IMG/VR virus record: IMGVR_UViG_3300020045_001345
Span: 1-64,000 of that record
Reading direction: 5' to 3' (one strand)
Length of the DNA: 64,000 nt
Origin: a virus
Taxonomy: Duplodnaviria; Caudoviricetes
Shown here: positions 27,774 to 37,009 of the stretch, one piece after another
Position numbering within the stretch: the stretch's first letter is position 1
Layout of the letters: each line of letters begins with the position of its first letter
Program-made: the position numbers and the translations under genes
Notes under the pieces: generated by a model
Databases searched by the model: none
What the model was told of the DNA's origin: nothing
The model's input: the letters and a program-made list of their open reading frames with translations, nothing else

Positions 27774-28211
27774 ATGACACAGAATGAAATGACACCTTGC
27801 GAGAAATTAGGATACAAAGTAGGGGATGTATTTATAGTTGAAGAATCTTATGGTGGTGATATTCCATATAATGACAATCTGCATGTAGTTCTTGCAATAG
27901 ATGATGGTACAGAATGTCCTAAATTTGTAGTTTTAGGAGCTAATTTAAGCTCTGATAAAATATCAAAACATGACTACATATACTTATATAATGTCGTAAA
28001 AGTTTCTGCAACCTCTGATACCACAGCACAAGACGTATTCACAGCTATCAAAACATTCCTCGCTAAACAGCCTGAGCATTTTCATGCAGATGTCGCGATA
28101 ACTCCTACAAATTACATTGTGACACTAGTAGGTTTGGAGTTTAGCTGCGAGACAGATGAGAGATTATTAGAAGTTCTTAGTGCGCTGTCAGTGTTGTTTA
28201 AGGGGGATTAA
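27774..28211 (+). CDS. hypothetical phage protein (TPCEKLGYKVGD...DDGTECPKF)
   Basis: ORF track. Confidence 0.7.
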   Translation: MTQNEMTPCEKLGYKVGDVFIVEESYGGDIPYNDNLHVVLAIDDGTECPKFVVLGANLSSDKISKHDYIYLYNVVKVSATSDTTAQDVFTAIKTFLAKQPEHFHADVAITPTNYIVTLVGLEFSCETDERLLEVLSALSVLFKGD

Positions 28212-28213
28212 TT

Positions 28214-28414
28214 ATGGCTACAATATCTAAGAAATCAGAACGTACACAAGCTAAGATTGAACTTCAAGTTGCTCTGGAAGAAATGCAACAAAAGATTCGA
28301 CAAGATGTCACTATTAACAAGTGGAATATGAAGAAGTTGGTAGAATCCCAAACAATTCTGAAACGTAAGGCTGCTGAAATTCATCAGTTGATGCTAAGCT
28401 TGGATGTGTTGTAA
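28214..28414 (+). CDS. hypothetical protein
   Basis: ORF track. Confidence 0.6.
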   Translation: MATISKKSERTQAKIELQVALEEMQQKIRQDVTINKWNMKKLVESQTILKRKAAEIHQLMLSLDVL

Positions 28415-28920
28415 TGGCTGCTAATGGATTTACACACGAGTCACAAGCAGCTGAGTCAGTTTCTTGGTACACACCTAAGTGGGTATTTGATGAACTTTCA
28501 CTACAGTTTAATTTAGATCCTTGTGCTCCTGTAGGTGGAGTACCTTGGATACCTGTTAAACAAGTGTATAGTTTACCTACAGATGGATTAAAAGAAACTT
28601 GGGATGGTTTAGTATGGTGTAATCCCCCTTACGGAAAAGAAACACCTAAGTGGCTTAAGAAGATGTCTGAGCACAAAAACGGGGTAGCTTTAGTGTTCTC
28701 TCGCACAGATGTAAAATGGTTTCATGATCACGTAGCTGGATCAGATGCTATACTATTTTTAAAAGGTCGTATCCAGTTTGTAGATGGTTTAGGTGTCACA
28801 GGAGGCTCTGGTAGTAGTTGTGGGAGTTTGCTTGCTGCTTGGGGAACAGAATCTGTGGAATCTCTCAAGAAAATGTCTGAAAGAGGCTTAGGATTTTTGG
28901 TGACTAACAATGGCTATTAG
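28414..28920 (+). CDS. phage N6-adenine DNA methyltransferase (Dam-like)
   Basis: WYTP, LDPCA, DGL, VWCNPPY, FLKGRIQF. Confidence 0.9.
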   Translation: MAANGFTHESQAAESVSWYTPKWVFDELSLQFNLDPCAPVGGVPWIPVKQVYSLPTDGLKETWDGLVWCNPPYGKETPKWLKKMSEHKNGVALVFSRTDVKWFHDHVAGSDAILFLKGRIQFVDGLGVTGGSGSSCGSLLAAWGTESVESLKKMSERGLGFLVTNNGY

Positions 28921-29425
28921 AAATCCTAAGAAACCCGTAGAATTCTTCACATGGCTGCGCAGTGGGTTAAGGAAGATATCAAGAACTTATCCACCCATCT
29001 ATAAGGCTCTGGCAGATGCTAAACGTCCTTATGTTGGGGATAATGCCAGACAACGAGTGTGCTATTTATGTGCTAAATGCCTGAAAACTTATAGTACAAA
29101 AGAAGTAGCTATTGATCACAGAATAGATTGTGGAAGCTTGAAGTGTTGGGAGGATGTTCAGGGGTTTATGCAGAGACTATTCTGTGGTGTTGAGGGTCTT
29201 GACGTATTATGCCACACATGTCATGATATTAAAACAGCACAGACACGATATGGACTCTCAGAAGAAGAAGCTAAAATCTTGAAAGAGGTAGCAGCTATTA
29301 TGAAAGAGCCTAAAGAGGATGTAATTCAATTTATCCTTGACAATGATTTTGATAACGTTTATAATACAAACAATGCAGCAAATCGTAAAGCTGCTGTAAC
29401 AATGATTTTAGAGAATATAACTTAA
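28910..29425 (+). CDS. HNH/endonuclease VII-like nuclease
   Basis: CAKC...IDH...LCHTCHDIKT. Confidence 0.75.
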   Translation: MAIRNPKKPVEFFTWLRSGLRKISRTYPPIYKALADAKRPYVGDNARQRVCYLCAKCLKTYSTKEVAIDHRIDCGSLKCWEDVQGFMQRLFCGVEGLDVLCHTCHDIKTAQTRYGLSEEEAKILKEVAAIMKEPKEDVIQFILDNDFDNVYNTNNAANRKAAVTMILENIT

Positions 29426-29436
29426 AGGAGATTAGA

Positions 29437-29661
29437 ATGGCAATGTTAGTAATGGTTGATGAAGACACAGTTAAACCAACACAATGGGGTTACGTTAATC
29501 AAGACAAGGATTTAGAGACAGTCACAATTGATCCTAATGATACTGTTGTTGCTAAGATTGAACTGTATGGCCACCATGAAGTTTATATTTACACAAAAGA
29601 TATTCCAAATCTTATTAAAGCTCTGCAGGCGGCATGCAATTCGATTAATAAAAACTTATGA
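29437..29661 (+). CDS. hypothetical protein
   Basis: ORF track. Confidence 0.65.
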   Translation: MAMLVMVDEDTVKPTQWGYVNQDKDLETVTIDPNDTVVAKIELYGHHEVYIYTKDIPNLIKALQAACNSINKNL

Positions 29662-30005
29662 CAACATACATACCAGATACTTGGGCAGTTGTTAAGATTA
29701 GACTAGCAGGCTCTAACACAGCTCCTTACTACAAAATATTAGCAGGATGGCGAGGAGGCTATGCGACAGGAGATAGCTGGAAACTTAGTAGTGGATGTGA
29801 AGGTATTACAAAGGATGAGTTTGGTTGGCACATCCCTCAGTCTAGTGGTAGCTTGTACTCGTGCAGAGAATTTTCAGAGGGCTTAAGTGCTTACACTGAG
29901 AGTGTGTTTAAGGACATTTTTGATAAACTTACTAAAGATGATGTGTTTGAGATTGTCAGTGTTGAGGAGCTTGTTAATCATTTTAAGGGGAATAATATTG
30001 AGTAA
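29658..30005 (+). CDS. hypothetical phage protein (PDTWAVV...GGYATGDSWKLSSG)
   Basis: ORF track. Confidence 0.75.
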   Translation: MTTYIPDTWAVVKIRLAGSNTAPYYKILAGWRGGYATGDSWKLSSGCEGITKDEFGWHIPQSSGSLYSCREFSEGLSAYTESVFKDIFDKLTKDDVFEIVSVEELVNHFKGNNIE

Positions 30006-30888
30006 GAACAATTGGAAGCAACAGGCAGTGGCTTTGATGAATACTAACACGTTATCGTGGAGAGAAATTGCTAGGGTGTTGGATAAAAGTCATAGTACGG
30101 TATCAGATTACTTGCGGAAGCAGTGTAGTATTGACGGAGAATATCAAGAGGTTAAGAAGGAGTTTGAGGGGAGTTTGTTTGTGAGTGGTGTTAATACACG
30201 TGATGATACACCTAAACACGATAACTCTCGCATTCTAGTGCTATCAGACCTTCATGCACCTTATCATCATCCAGACACATTGAAATTTATTGACATGCTG
30301 CACAACCGCTACGCTTTCACAAGGGTTATCTCGGTTGGGGATGAGCAAGATATATCAGCTAGTAGTTTTCATGACCACGATGTAGATATGCTAAGTGCTG
30401 GACATGAACTAAAAGAGGCTCAAAAGTTTATGAAAGAACTTGAGAGTCGATTTCCGGTAATGGATATCATGTCAAGCAACCACGGTGATTTATATTACCG
30501 CAAGGCTAAACACCATGGCATACCTCTACATGTTATTAAGAGCTATAATGATGTGTTGTGTGTTGGTAAGGGTTGGAAGTGGCACAATGACCTAGTAATA
30601 GACCTGCCTACAGGAGAACAAGTTTACTTCTGTCATGGGAAGAGTCAAAATGGTTTGAAACTCTCTCAGAATATGAGCATGAATTGTGTTCAAGGTCACT
30701 ATCACAACTCTTTTAATATCCAATATTGGAGCAGCCCACGAGCTTTATATTGGAGTATGCAAGTGGGGTGTCTTGTAGATGATAAGAGCTTGGCAATGAG
30801 TTATAATAAGCTTACTGTTAATAGGCCTATCATTGGGTGTGGTGTTATTATTGAAGGTATTCCTCAGTTGGAGGCTATGCCGTTATGA
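29998..30888 (+). CDS. calcineurin-like metallophosphoesterase with N-terminal HTH
   Basis: SDLHAP, VGDEQD, SNH, FCHG, QGHYH; SWREIARVLDKSHSTVSDYLR; TTG start. Confidence 0.85.
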   Translation: MSKNNWKQQAVALMNTNTLSWREIARVLDKSHSTVSDYLRKQCSIDGEYQEVKKEFEGSLFVSGVNTRDDTPKHDNSRILVLSDLHAPYHHPDTLKFIDMLHNRYAFTRVISVGDEQDISASSFHDHDVDMLSAGHELKEAQKFMKELESRFPVMDIMSSNHGDLYYRKAKHHGIPLHVIKSYNDVLCVGKGWKWHNDLVIDLPTGEQVYFCHGKSQNGLKLSQNMSMNCVQGHYHNSFNIQYWSSPRALYWSMQVGCLVDDKSLAMSYNKLTVNRPIIGCGVIIEGIPQLEAMPL

Positions 30889-31472
30889 TTGTAGACGACT
30901 TTAAGAATTCAAAAGGGTTGTGGGTAAAAGAAGTCGCTAAAACTGGTAATATCCGTAACTTTACTAGATCAGCTATATTTTATTGGAATATGATGTCACG
31001 GTGTGTTAAGGGTGGGAGTCAACAGGTTAAAAGACCTCGTTATGCGGGTGTGGAGTGTCTATTTAAAGATTTTCAAGAGTTCGCAGAATGGTGCCAATAC
31101 CAAGTAGGATATTACACAAATGGTTTTCAATTAGATAAAGATTTATTATCAGAAAACTCAAAAATATATTCTCCAGAAACTTGTGTGTTTATACCAATAC
31201 AACTTAATACGTTACTAATTAAAAGAGATTCAGATAGAGGTGAATATCCAGTTGGGGTGTGCGCCGCCAACAATAATTTTATGGCTCAATGTTCAGTAGG
31301 TAAAAATAGGCAGGAATATCTAGGTGTTTTTGCAACACCTGAAGGAGCATTTCAAGCCTACAAAACTTTTAAAGAGGGTTTTGTCAAACAACAAGCTAAT
31401 AAGTGGAAAGAACAAATCGACCCGAGAGCTTATCAAGCTTTAATGGATTACGAAGTTCTTATAACTGATTGA
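30885..31472 (+). CDS. HNH-type homing endonuclease with AP2-like C-terminus
   Basis: FQEFAEW, LDKDLL, YSPETCVFIP, YPVGV, YLGVFATPEGAFQAY. Confidence 0.82.
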   Translation: MIVDDFKNSKGLWVKEVAKTGNIRNFTRSAIFYWNMMSRCVKGGSQQVKRPRYAGVECLFKDFQEFAEWCQYQVGYYTNGFQLDKDLLSENSKIYSPETCVFIPIQLNTLLIKRDSDRGEYPVGVCAANNNFMAQCSVGKNRQEYLGVFATPEGAFQAYKTFKEGFVKQQANKWKEQIDPRAYQALMDYEVLITD

Positions 31473-31498
31473 CACTGCTCTACGAATAATGATATAAT
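31469..31498 (+). promoter_or_regulatory. sigma70 promoter
   Basis: TTGACA-18-TATAAT. Confidence 0.7.
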
Positions 31499-31524
31499 AA
31501 ACCTTTCAACACTAAGAGGACAAC

Positions 31525-31806
31525 ATGCAACAAATAGTTATACAGTTACCGTCACTACCACTACAATTAATCTGTACCTCCACAGCACATATAGGCTTTT
31601 CACCAATGGGTTTGTTTAAAACAATTGTAGAATATCTCCCAACAGGTGAAATGGTTGTTATAGATGACACAGGTATTAAAATAGGTGAAACAGAGTATAA
31701 ATATAACACAGGAATTGCTTACAAATCCGAGCCACTTCTGTTAAAATGGCTACAAGGCTTGCAGTTACAGATGCCTGCTTTTAACAACAGCCCTTTTGGG
31801 TTTTAA
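31525..31806 (+). CDS. hypothetical protein
   Basis: ORF track. Confidence 0.6.
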   Translation: MQQIVIQLPSLPLQLICTSTAHIGFSPMGLFKTIVEYLPTGEMVVIDDTGIKIGETEYKYNTGIAYKSEPLLLKWLQGLQLQMPAFNNSPFGF

Positions 31807-31815
31807 GGAGAAACA

Positions 31816-32283
31816 ATGATTACACAGAAAAGTTTAGGTAAGAACTACACGGCCACACAGAAGTTTAACGAGATTTCAGGAAACCTAGACAACATTACAA
31901 CGCAGAGTATTGCCCTGCAACTTGACCTTATTCAAGAGGAATACTTAGAAACTGTACAAGCCTATGACGATAAAAACATGCAAGAGATTTGCGATGGCGC
32001 TGCAGATATGTTTATAGTTGTTTGTGGGCTGCTACAGAAGCTTGACACACACGGCTGTGACATGGAAGAAGTTCTCAATCGTGTATGCGAGAATAACCTC
32101 TCAAAATATCCTCCTGTTGGAGCATCTGTACGGTATGATCCATCACACACTGTAACAGTTAATGAGAAGTATCAGGTTCAGGTTATCAAGGATGTTAATG
32201 GAAAAGTTCGTAAGCCTTTAGACTTCGTACCAGTTAATCTCTACGGGTGTATTCCTAAAACATTCTTTAAGGAGGCTCAATGA
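31816..32283 (+). CDS. MazG/PRA-PH-like nucleotide pyrophosphohydrolase
   Basis: LIQEEYLE, DGAADM, VCENNLSK, GKVRKP. Confidence 0.8.
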   Translation: MITQKSLGKNYTATQKFNEISGNLDNITTQSIALQLDLIQEEYLETVQAYDDKNMQEICDGAADMFIVVCGLLQKLDTHGCDMEEVLNRVCENNLSKYPPVGASVRYDPSHTVTVNEKYQVQVIKDVNGKVRKPLDFVPVNLYGCIPKTFFKEAQ

Positions 32284-32804
32284 TTAATATTAGTCTTAAT
32301 GATTTACTATTATTTCCAGAACTATCAAGCTACACAGAAGATGAATTGTTACCAACATACATGGATATTATCACACTACCATTCCTGCATAAGCTTGGAC
32401 TAGATACAATGCAAGGGTATGAGTTTGTAGCTAATAACTTCCGAACTCTGCAAGACACTGTAATCCTCGGTTATCACGTATCAGGTGAGATTAGACGTGA
32501 TGATGAGTGGCGTAAGAGTCCATTGTGTAGTACACTTGATCGTATGATTATTACTACCAAAGAAGATATTAGTTTGACACGAGAACTTTGTAGTCTTATG
32601 AATTGCTCACTAAATTATAAGAGTTTTGATATTGGTGAAGAGGAAACTGTGATAGACTACGAAGATGATTGTGAGCCAACTTATGAAGCTGTCAGTGGAA
32701 TTATGTTAGAGATGCGAGAGAAGTTGTTAGCTGTTCGTGGAAGTTCTCTTGGAGCTGATGGTGGAATGAAGACATATGAAGAATATTTAGGCTTTGTTGC
32801 TTAA
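32280..32804 (+). CDS. hypothetical protein
   Basis: ORF track. Confidence 0.7.
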   Translation: MINISLNDLLLFPELSSYTEDELLPTYMDIITLPFLHKLGLDTMQGYEFVANNFRTLQDTVILGYHVSGEIRRDDEWRKSPLCSTLDRMIITTKEDISLTRELCSLMNCSLNYKSFDIGEEETVIDYEDDCEPTYEAVSGIMLEMREKLLAVRGSSLGADGGMKTYEEYLGFVA

Positions 32805-32810
32805 ATACTA

Positions 32811-32853
32811 TTGTAATTTAGAGGAGTGTATGATACTATATGCGTCCTCTAAA
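32811..32853 (+). promoter_or_regulatory. sigma70-like promoter with a 9-bp inverted repeat
   Basis: TTGTAA-17-TACTAT; TTTAGAGGA / TCCTCTAAA. Confidence 0.65.
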
Positions 32854-32879
32854 ATTAATAAGAAAGGAAGAGTGATAGT

Positions 32880-33872
32880 ATGTCAAAGTTACGAGAACCT
32901 ACTAACAGTTTTACAATCAAGTATCCAAAACTTGTAGAATACGCAGATTTGCAATTGAATGAATTTTACTGGAAATGGAAAGAAGTGCAAGTAGAGAAAG
33001 ATAAACATCAGTTTTTAACAGAAATCACAGAAGCTGAGAAACATGCTATTTTAACAGCAGCTAAGCTGTTTGTTAAATACGAGAGTTTTGTTGGTAACGA
33101 GTTTTGGATGAATCGAGTTGTGAAGATGTTTCCAAGACCAGAAGTGGAACGACTATCAGCTACGTTCGGAATGGTTGAACTTGCTATTCACAGTCCATTT
33201 TATCAGGCATTAAACACACAGCTAGGACTTGATACAGATGAGTTCTGGGAAAGTTATGTTGATGATCCTGTGTTAAGTGCTCGTATGGAATATCTAAATA
33301 GTTTCATTGACTCTAAAGATGATCGTCTGGCTCTTGCTGTATTTAGTATGATGGAGGGAGCTATTCTTTTTAGCAGCTTTGCTTTGTTTAAATCGTTCAA
33401 TAGCAATGGTCATAACTTGTTAGTAAATTTTGGTGCTGGAATAAATCAGAGTGCATTGGACGAGGGGTTGCACCACGAAGCAGGAGCTTACTTATTTAAA
33501 CAAGACTTGAAAGAATCAAAGCTATCTTTTGAAGAGAAAGAATCTTTGTTTGAGCAAATTAGAGAAGCTGGTGTGCAACTCTATGAGCATGAGGATGCTA
33601 TTATTGAAAAGTTCCATGAAAAGGGAGAGCTGCGAGGAATTACAAAAGACCAGTTTAAGATCTTTATTAAGTCCCGTATTAATTTCTGCCTGTTAAATTT
33701 TGGTATTGATCCTGTGTTTGATATTACAGGAGTAGACAATCCAGTAGATGGTTGGTTTGGTGCTAAGATTAAGGGATACATTGCTAATGACTTCTTCAAC
33801 ACTTTAGGTAGAGAGTACTCTACGAGATTCACAGAAGATAAATTTAGCTGGAAGATTAAGGAGAGTGTATGA
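32880..33872 (+). CDS. nrdB: ribonucleotide reductase class I beta subunit
   Basis: ELAIHSPFY, MMEGAILFSSF, DEGLH di-metal ligands, DFF. Confidence 0.93.
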   Translation: MSKLREPTNSFTIKYPKLVEYADLQLNEFYWKWKEVQVEKDKHQFLTEITEAEKHAILTAAKLFVKYESFVGNEFWMNRVVKMFPRPEVERLSATFGMVELAIHSPFYQALNTQLGLDTDEFWESYVDDPVLSARMEYLNSFIDSKDDRLALAVFSMMEGAILFSSFALFKSFNSNGHNLLVNFGAGINQSALDEGLHHEAGAYLFKQDLKESKLSFEEKESLFEQIREAGVQLYEHEDAIIEKFHEKGELRGITKDQFKIFIKSRINFCLLNFGIDPVFDITGVDNPVDGWFGAKIKGYIANDFFNTLGREYSTRFTEDKFSWKIKESV

Positions 33873-35635
33873 CTAAGAAAAAAGAATTAAGCTACGAAGA
33901 TTACTCAGAATTGCGAAAACAGGGTCACGAAGATGGTACTGTCCCTTTGTGGATGCAGACAGCAGGATTACAAGTATTCCTTAAAAAGTATTTGTACCAA
34001 GCCAAGAATCCATTAGAACAGTTTGGACGTATTGCGTACACCCTTAGTAAGTATGCTCCGTTCATGTCAAGCCCATCTGACCCAACTATTTCTTTTCAGA
34101 ATAAGAAGGAAGTTAGTATTTACTGGGAAGATAAGTTCTTTGAGATTCTTTGGAAAGGTTATTTCTGTTGCTCTACACCACTCCTTGCCAACACAGGTAC
34201 AGATCGAGGACTCCCTGTAAGCTGTTCTGGCGGTATCCCTATTGAGGACTCTGTAATGGGTTTCAGTGAGGCTGCTAAGGAAGTAGCAATGCTTACCAAG
34301 CATGGTTTTGGCACAGCAGTAGATCTTAGTGCTATTCGTCATAGAGGTGCTGAGTTCAAGGGTGGCGGTGTGGCTGGAGGTGTAGTACCAATTGCTAACT
34401 GGATGGATTTTGTAACGACAAATGTAAGCCAAGGAGCATCACGTAGAGGAGCTGTTGCATGTTATTTAGACATTCACCACAAAGACTTCTATGAGCTTGC
34501 TGATTACCTGCAGCATAATCCTGATAAGCTGAATGTAGGTTGGAAAGTCAATGATAAGTTCATTAGTAAACTGGAGTCTGGTAATAAAGAGGCACAGAAG
34601 CGATTTGCAAAAGCTTTGTATGTAAAATCAGTAACTGGCAAAGGCTATTTTCAATTTATGGATAAAGCTAACCGATTAAAAGGTGAAGCCTATGAAAAAA
34701 ATAACCTAAGTATAAGTGCAAGTAATTTATGTAACGAGGTTTTTCTTCACAGTAGCAAAGACTTGACATACACTTGTATTTTGGGTTGGATGAATGGTAG
34801 CAAGTGGCTTGATTGGAAAGATACAGATGCTGTGTTCGTTGCTACTGTTCTGTTAGACTGTGTAGTATCTTATTTCTTGGAAGAAGCTGGAGATATTGAT
34901 GGTCTTGAAAAGTCTGTGGCAATGACTAAGAAGGGACGTGCTGTTGGACTTGGTTTTGGAGGACTTCATACGTTATTTCAACAAGAGATGATTCCATTTG
35001 AATCTCCAGAGGCGTATACGTTGAATAGAGAGATATTTGAGTACATTAATAATGAGTCCTTGAAAGCGTCTAAAGCTCTGGCTGTTGCAGAAGGGGAGCC
35101 TGAATGGTGCAAGGGGTTGGGTATTCGCTTCACACATCGAATGAATGTTGCGCCTACTAAAACTACTGCACTGATTTATGGGGGTGTTAGTGAGGGTATT
35201 AGTCCAGATGTAGCTTTAAGTTTTACTCAGTCTACAGCAGCAGGAGAAGTGGCACGAGTAGCACCTACATTACTTGCTTTAATTAAGAGTAAAGGTTTAA
35301 ATGTAGAAAATTGTATCGCTGACGTAGAGAGTAATAAAGGTAGTGTGCAGAAAGTTTCTTGGTTGACAGCTACTGAGAAGCTTGTGTTTAAGACTGGCTT
35401 TGAGATTCAGCAAGAGGTTATTCTTCGTTTGGCATCTTCTCGACAACGATATATTGATCAAGGACAATCCCTTAATCTATTTATTGATAAACGGCACTCA
35501 GAAGAGTATATTTCCTATATTCATCAACTTGCTTTTAAAGATCCATATATTAAAGGTTTGTACTATTTGATAGGTAAACGTGAGGGCGATAACGAAGAAG
35601 TAGTCGAGCTTGAAGCATGTGAAAGTTGCACATAA
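33869..35635 (+). CDS. nrdA: ribonucleotide reductase class I alpha subunit
   Basis: STPLLAN, VSCSG, SNLCNEV, APT, IDQGQSLNLF, LYY, C-terminal CESC. Confidence 0.95.
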   Translation: MTKKKELSYEDYSELRKQGHEDGTVPLWMQTAGLQVFLKKYLYQAKNPLEQFGRIAYTLSKYAPFMSSPSDPTISFQNKKEVSIYWEDKFFEILWKGYFCCSTPLLANTGTDRGLPVSCSGGIPIEDSVMGFSEAAKEVAMLTKHGFGTAVDLSAIRHRGAEFKGGGVAGGVVPIANWMDFVTTNVSQGASRRGAVACYLDIHHKDFYELADYLQHNPDKLNVGWKVNDKFISKLESGNKEAQKRFAKALYVKSVTGKGYFQFMDKANRLKGEAYEKNNLSISASNLCNEVFLHSSKDLTYTCILGWMNGSKWLDWKDTDAVFVATVLLDCVVSYFLEEAGDIDGLEKSVAMTKKGRAVGLGFGGLHTLFQQEMIPFESPEAYTLNREIFEYINNESLKASKALAVAEGEPEWCKGLGIRFTHRMNVAPTKTTALIYGGVSEGISPDVALSFTQSTAAGEVARVAPTLLALIKSKGLNVENCIADVESNKGSVQKVSWLTATEKLVFKTGFEIQQEVILRLASSRQRYIDQGQSLNLFIDKRHSEEYISYIHQLAFKDPYIKGLYYLIGKREGDNEEVVELEACESCT

Positions 35636-35650
35636 TTATAAAGGATTTAA

Positions 35651-35893
35651 ATGTTAACAGTTTATAGTAAGAATGGATGTAATGCTTGTGAGCAAGCTAA
35701 AGCACTTTTGACAAGTAAGGAGATTGAGTTTGTAGTTAAGAATGTTGATGAAGACTTTGATGCTTATGACTTCATTATCTCAAAGCAACACAGAAGCTTT
35801 CCTCAAATCTACAAAGGTGATAGCCTATTCGTTCAAGGAGGTTATCAAGGGCTTCTACAAATGTGGAAAGATGGAGAATTAAAAGCAGCATAA
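35651..35893 (+). CDS. glutaredoxin (NrdH-like)
   Basis: VYSKNGCNAC, RSFPQI, GGY. Confidence 0.9.
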   Translation: MLTVYSKNGCNACEQAKALLTSKEIEFVVKNVDEDFDAYDFIISKQHRSFPQIYKGDSLFVQGGYQGLLQMWKDGELKAA

Positions 35894-35896
35894 AGC

Positions 35897-35936
35897 TTGA
35901 CAACACTAAGAGAAGCTACTACAATGGCTTCTCTTA
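35897..35936 (+). promoter_or_regulatory. sigma70 promoter with the -10 box in the loop of a 10-bp inverted repeat
   Basis: TTGACA-17-TACAAT; TAAGAGAAGC / GCTTCTCTTA. Confidence 0.8.
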
Positions 35937-35955
35937 ACAAACTAAGGAGAAACAA

Positions 35956-36324
35956 ATGACACAAATTAAAGAATCTGCAACAGAGTTAAAGAGCATTGTC
36001 TCACAAATTGCAAAGAAGAAAGAACTCTTGAAAGACTACAAAGAGAACAATGAGAAAGTGCAAAAGTTACAAGATTTAATCAAAGAAACTCAAGAAGAAA
36101 TTAAAGTTATTCTTGCAGCTGATTTAGATTATTTTGAAGTAGAGAATGAAATGAAGGAGCTTGTAAAAGAGCTTAAGCAAGGAGCTAAGAATGCTTGTAA
36201 GAACACTGGTGTGAAACCAGCAGACTTGATCGCATTTATGAATGCTCAACTTAAAGATGAAGGTGTTGTGAAGGTTGTTGAGAAAGGTCAAATCTTCTCG
36301 TCATTACGTAGTCAAACTAATTAA
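35956..36324 (+). CDS. coiled-coil hypothetical protein
   Basis: ORF track; K/E-rich heptads. Confidence 0.75.
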   Translation: MTQIKESATELKSIVSQIAKKKELLKDYKENNEKVQKLQDLIKETQEEIKVILAADLDYFEVENEMKELVKELKQGAKNACKNTGVKPADLIAFMNAQLKDEGVVKVVEKGQIFSSLRSQTN

Positions 36325-36338
36325 TTAAAGGAAACATT

Positions 36339-36566
36339 ATGAACTATTTAGTATTAATCCCAACAATCATTGAACTTATCAAATCAATTGAAATCCTCTT
36401 GCCACAGTCTTCCGGTAAAGATAAACTGGCAGCTGTTATTGCTGCAGTAGCTAATATTGCAGGAGAAGCCAGTGACATTGCTCCTAAGCTTACACCGTTG
36501 ATTTCAGCTATCGTAGCAGGCTTGAATATCCTTGGAATCTTTAAGAAGAAAGCTGTCACAATCTAA
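36339..36566 (+). CDS. small amphipathic-helix protein
   Basis: MNYLVLIPTIIELIKSIE...GKDKLAAV...LNILGIFKKK. Confidence 0.7.
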   Translation: MNYLVLIPTIIELIKSIEILLPQSSGKDKLAAVIAAVANIAGEASDIAPKLTPLISAIVAGLNILGIFKKKAVTI

Positions 36567-36655
36567 TAGGCGTAAAAATAGGGAGGCTCCCACACGGAAG
36601 TCTCCCTTAATGCCACCCACGGCTCAATCGGTATTGTTAATTCTGAAAGGATGTT

Positions 36656-36859
36656 ATGGACAATGTATTAATTCTCCAACAGCTCGTAGAAGCTGGAGAT
36701 GCTATTACAGCTCAACTTGGAAAACCTCAACAAGAATGGCTGCTAGATAATGTAAAGAACCTGAAAGGGTTTGTTGTTACTGAACAGGGAAGAACTGCTT
36801 TGTTATTATTTCTTGAAGAGTTCTGTGACCACACTTTGAAGCTTAAGACAGCACACTGA
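36656..36859 (+). CDS. hypothetical protein
   Basis: ORF track; AAGGA RBS. Confidence 0.6.
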   Translation: MDNVLILQQLVEAGDAITAQLGKPQQEWLLDNVKNLKGFVVTEQGRTALLLFLEEFCDHTLKLKTAH

Positions 36860-36877
36860 TAACAGTGACACTGAAGG

Positions 36878-36899
36878 GAGGGGCTTGACGCCCCTCTTT
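36878..36899 (+). terminator. terminator at the junction of the convergent arms
   Basis: GAGGGGC-TTGAC-GCCCCTC-TTT. Confidence 0.75.
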
Positions 36900-37009
36900 G
36901 CTGCTTATATGCACTATGAATTACACCTGCGCTGATGTTTCAGTATTCGTGCAACAGCCTTGTCAGCTACGCCCTAGACTATAGTGCTAAGTGAATAGCT
37001 TTATAATCA

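Noticed and set aside
36911-36987. tRNA gene
   Set aside because: No T-loop consensus, U8 or CCA; kept only as an unexplained structure
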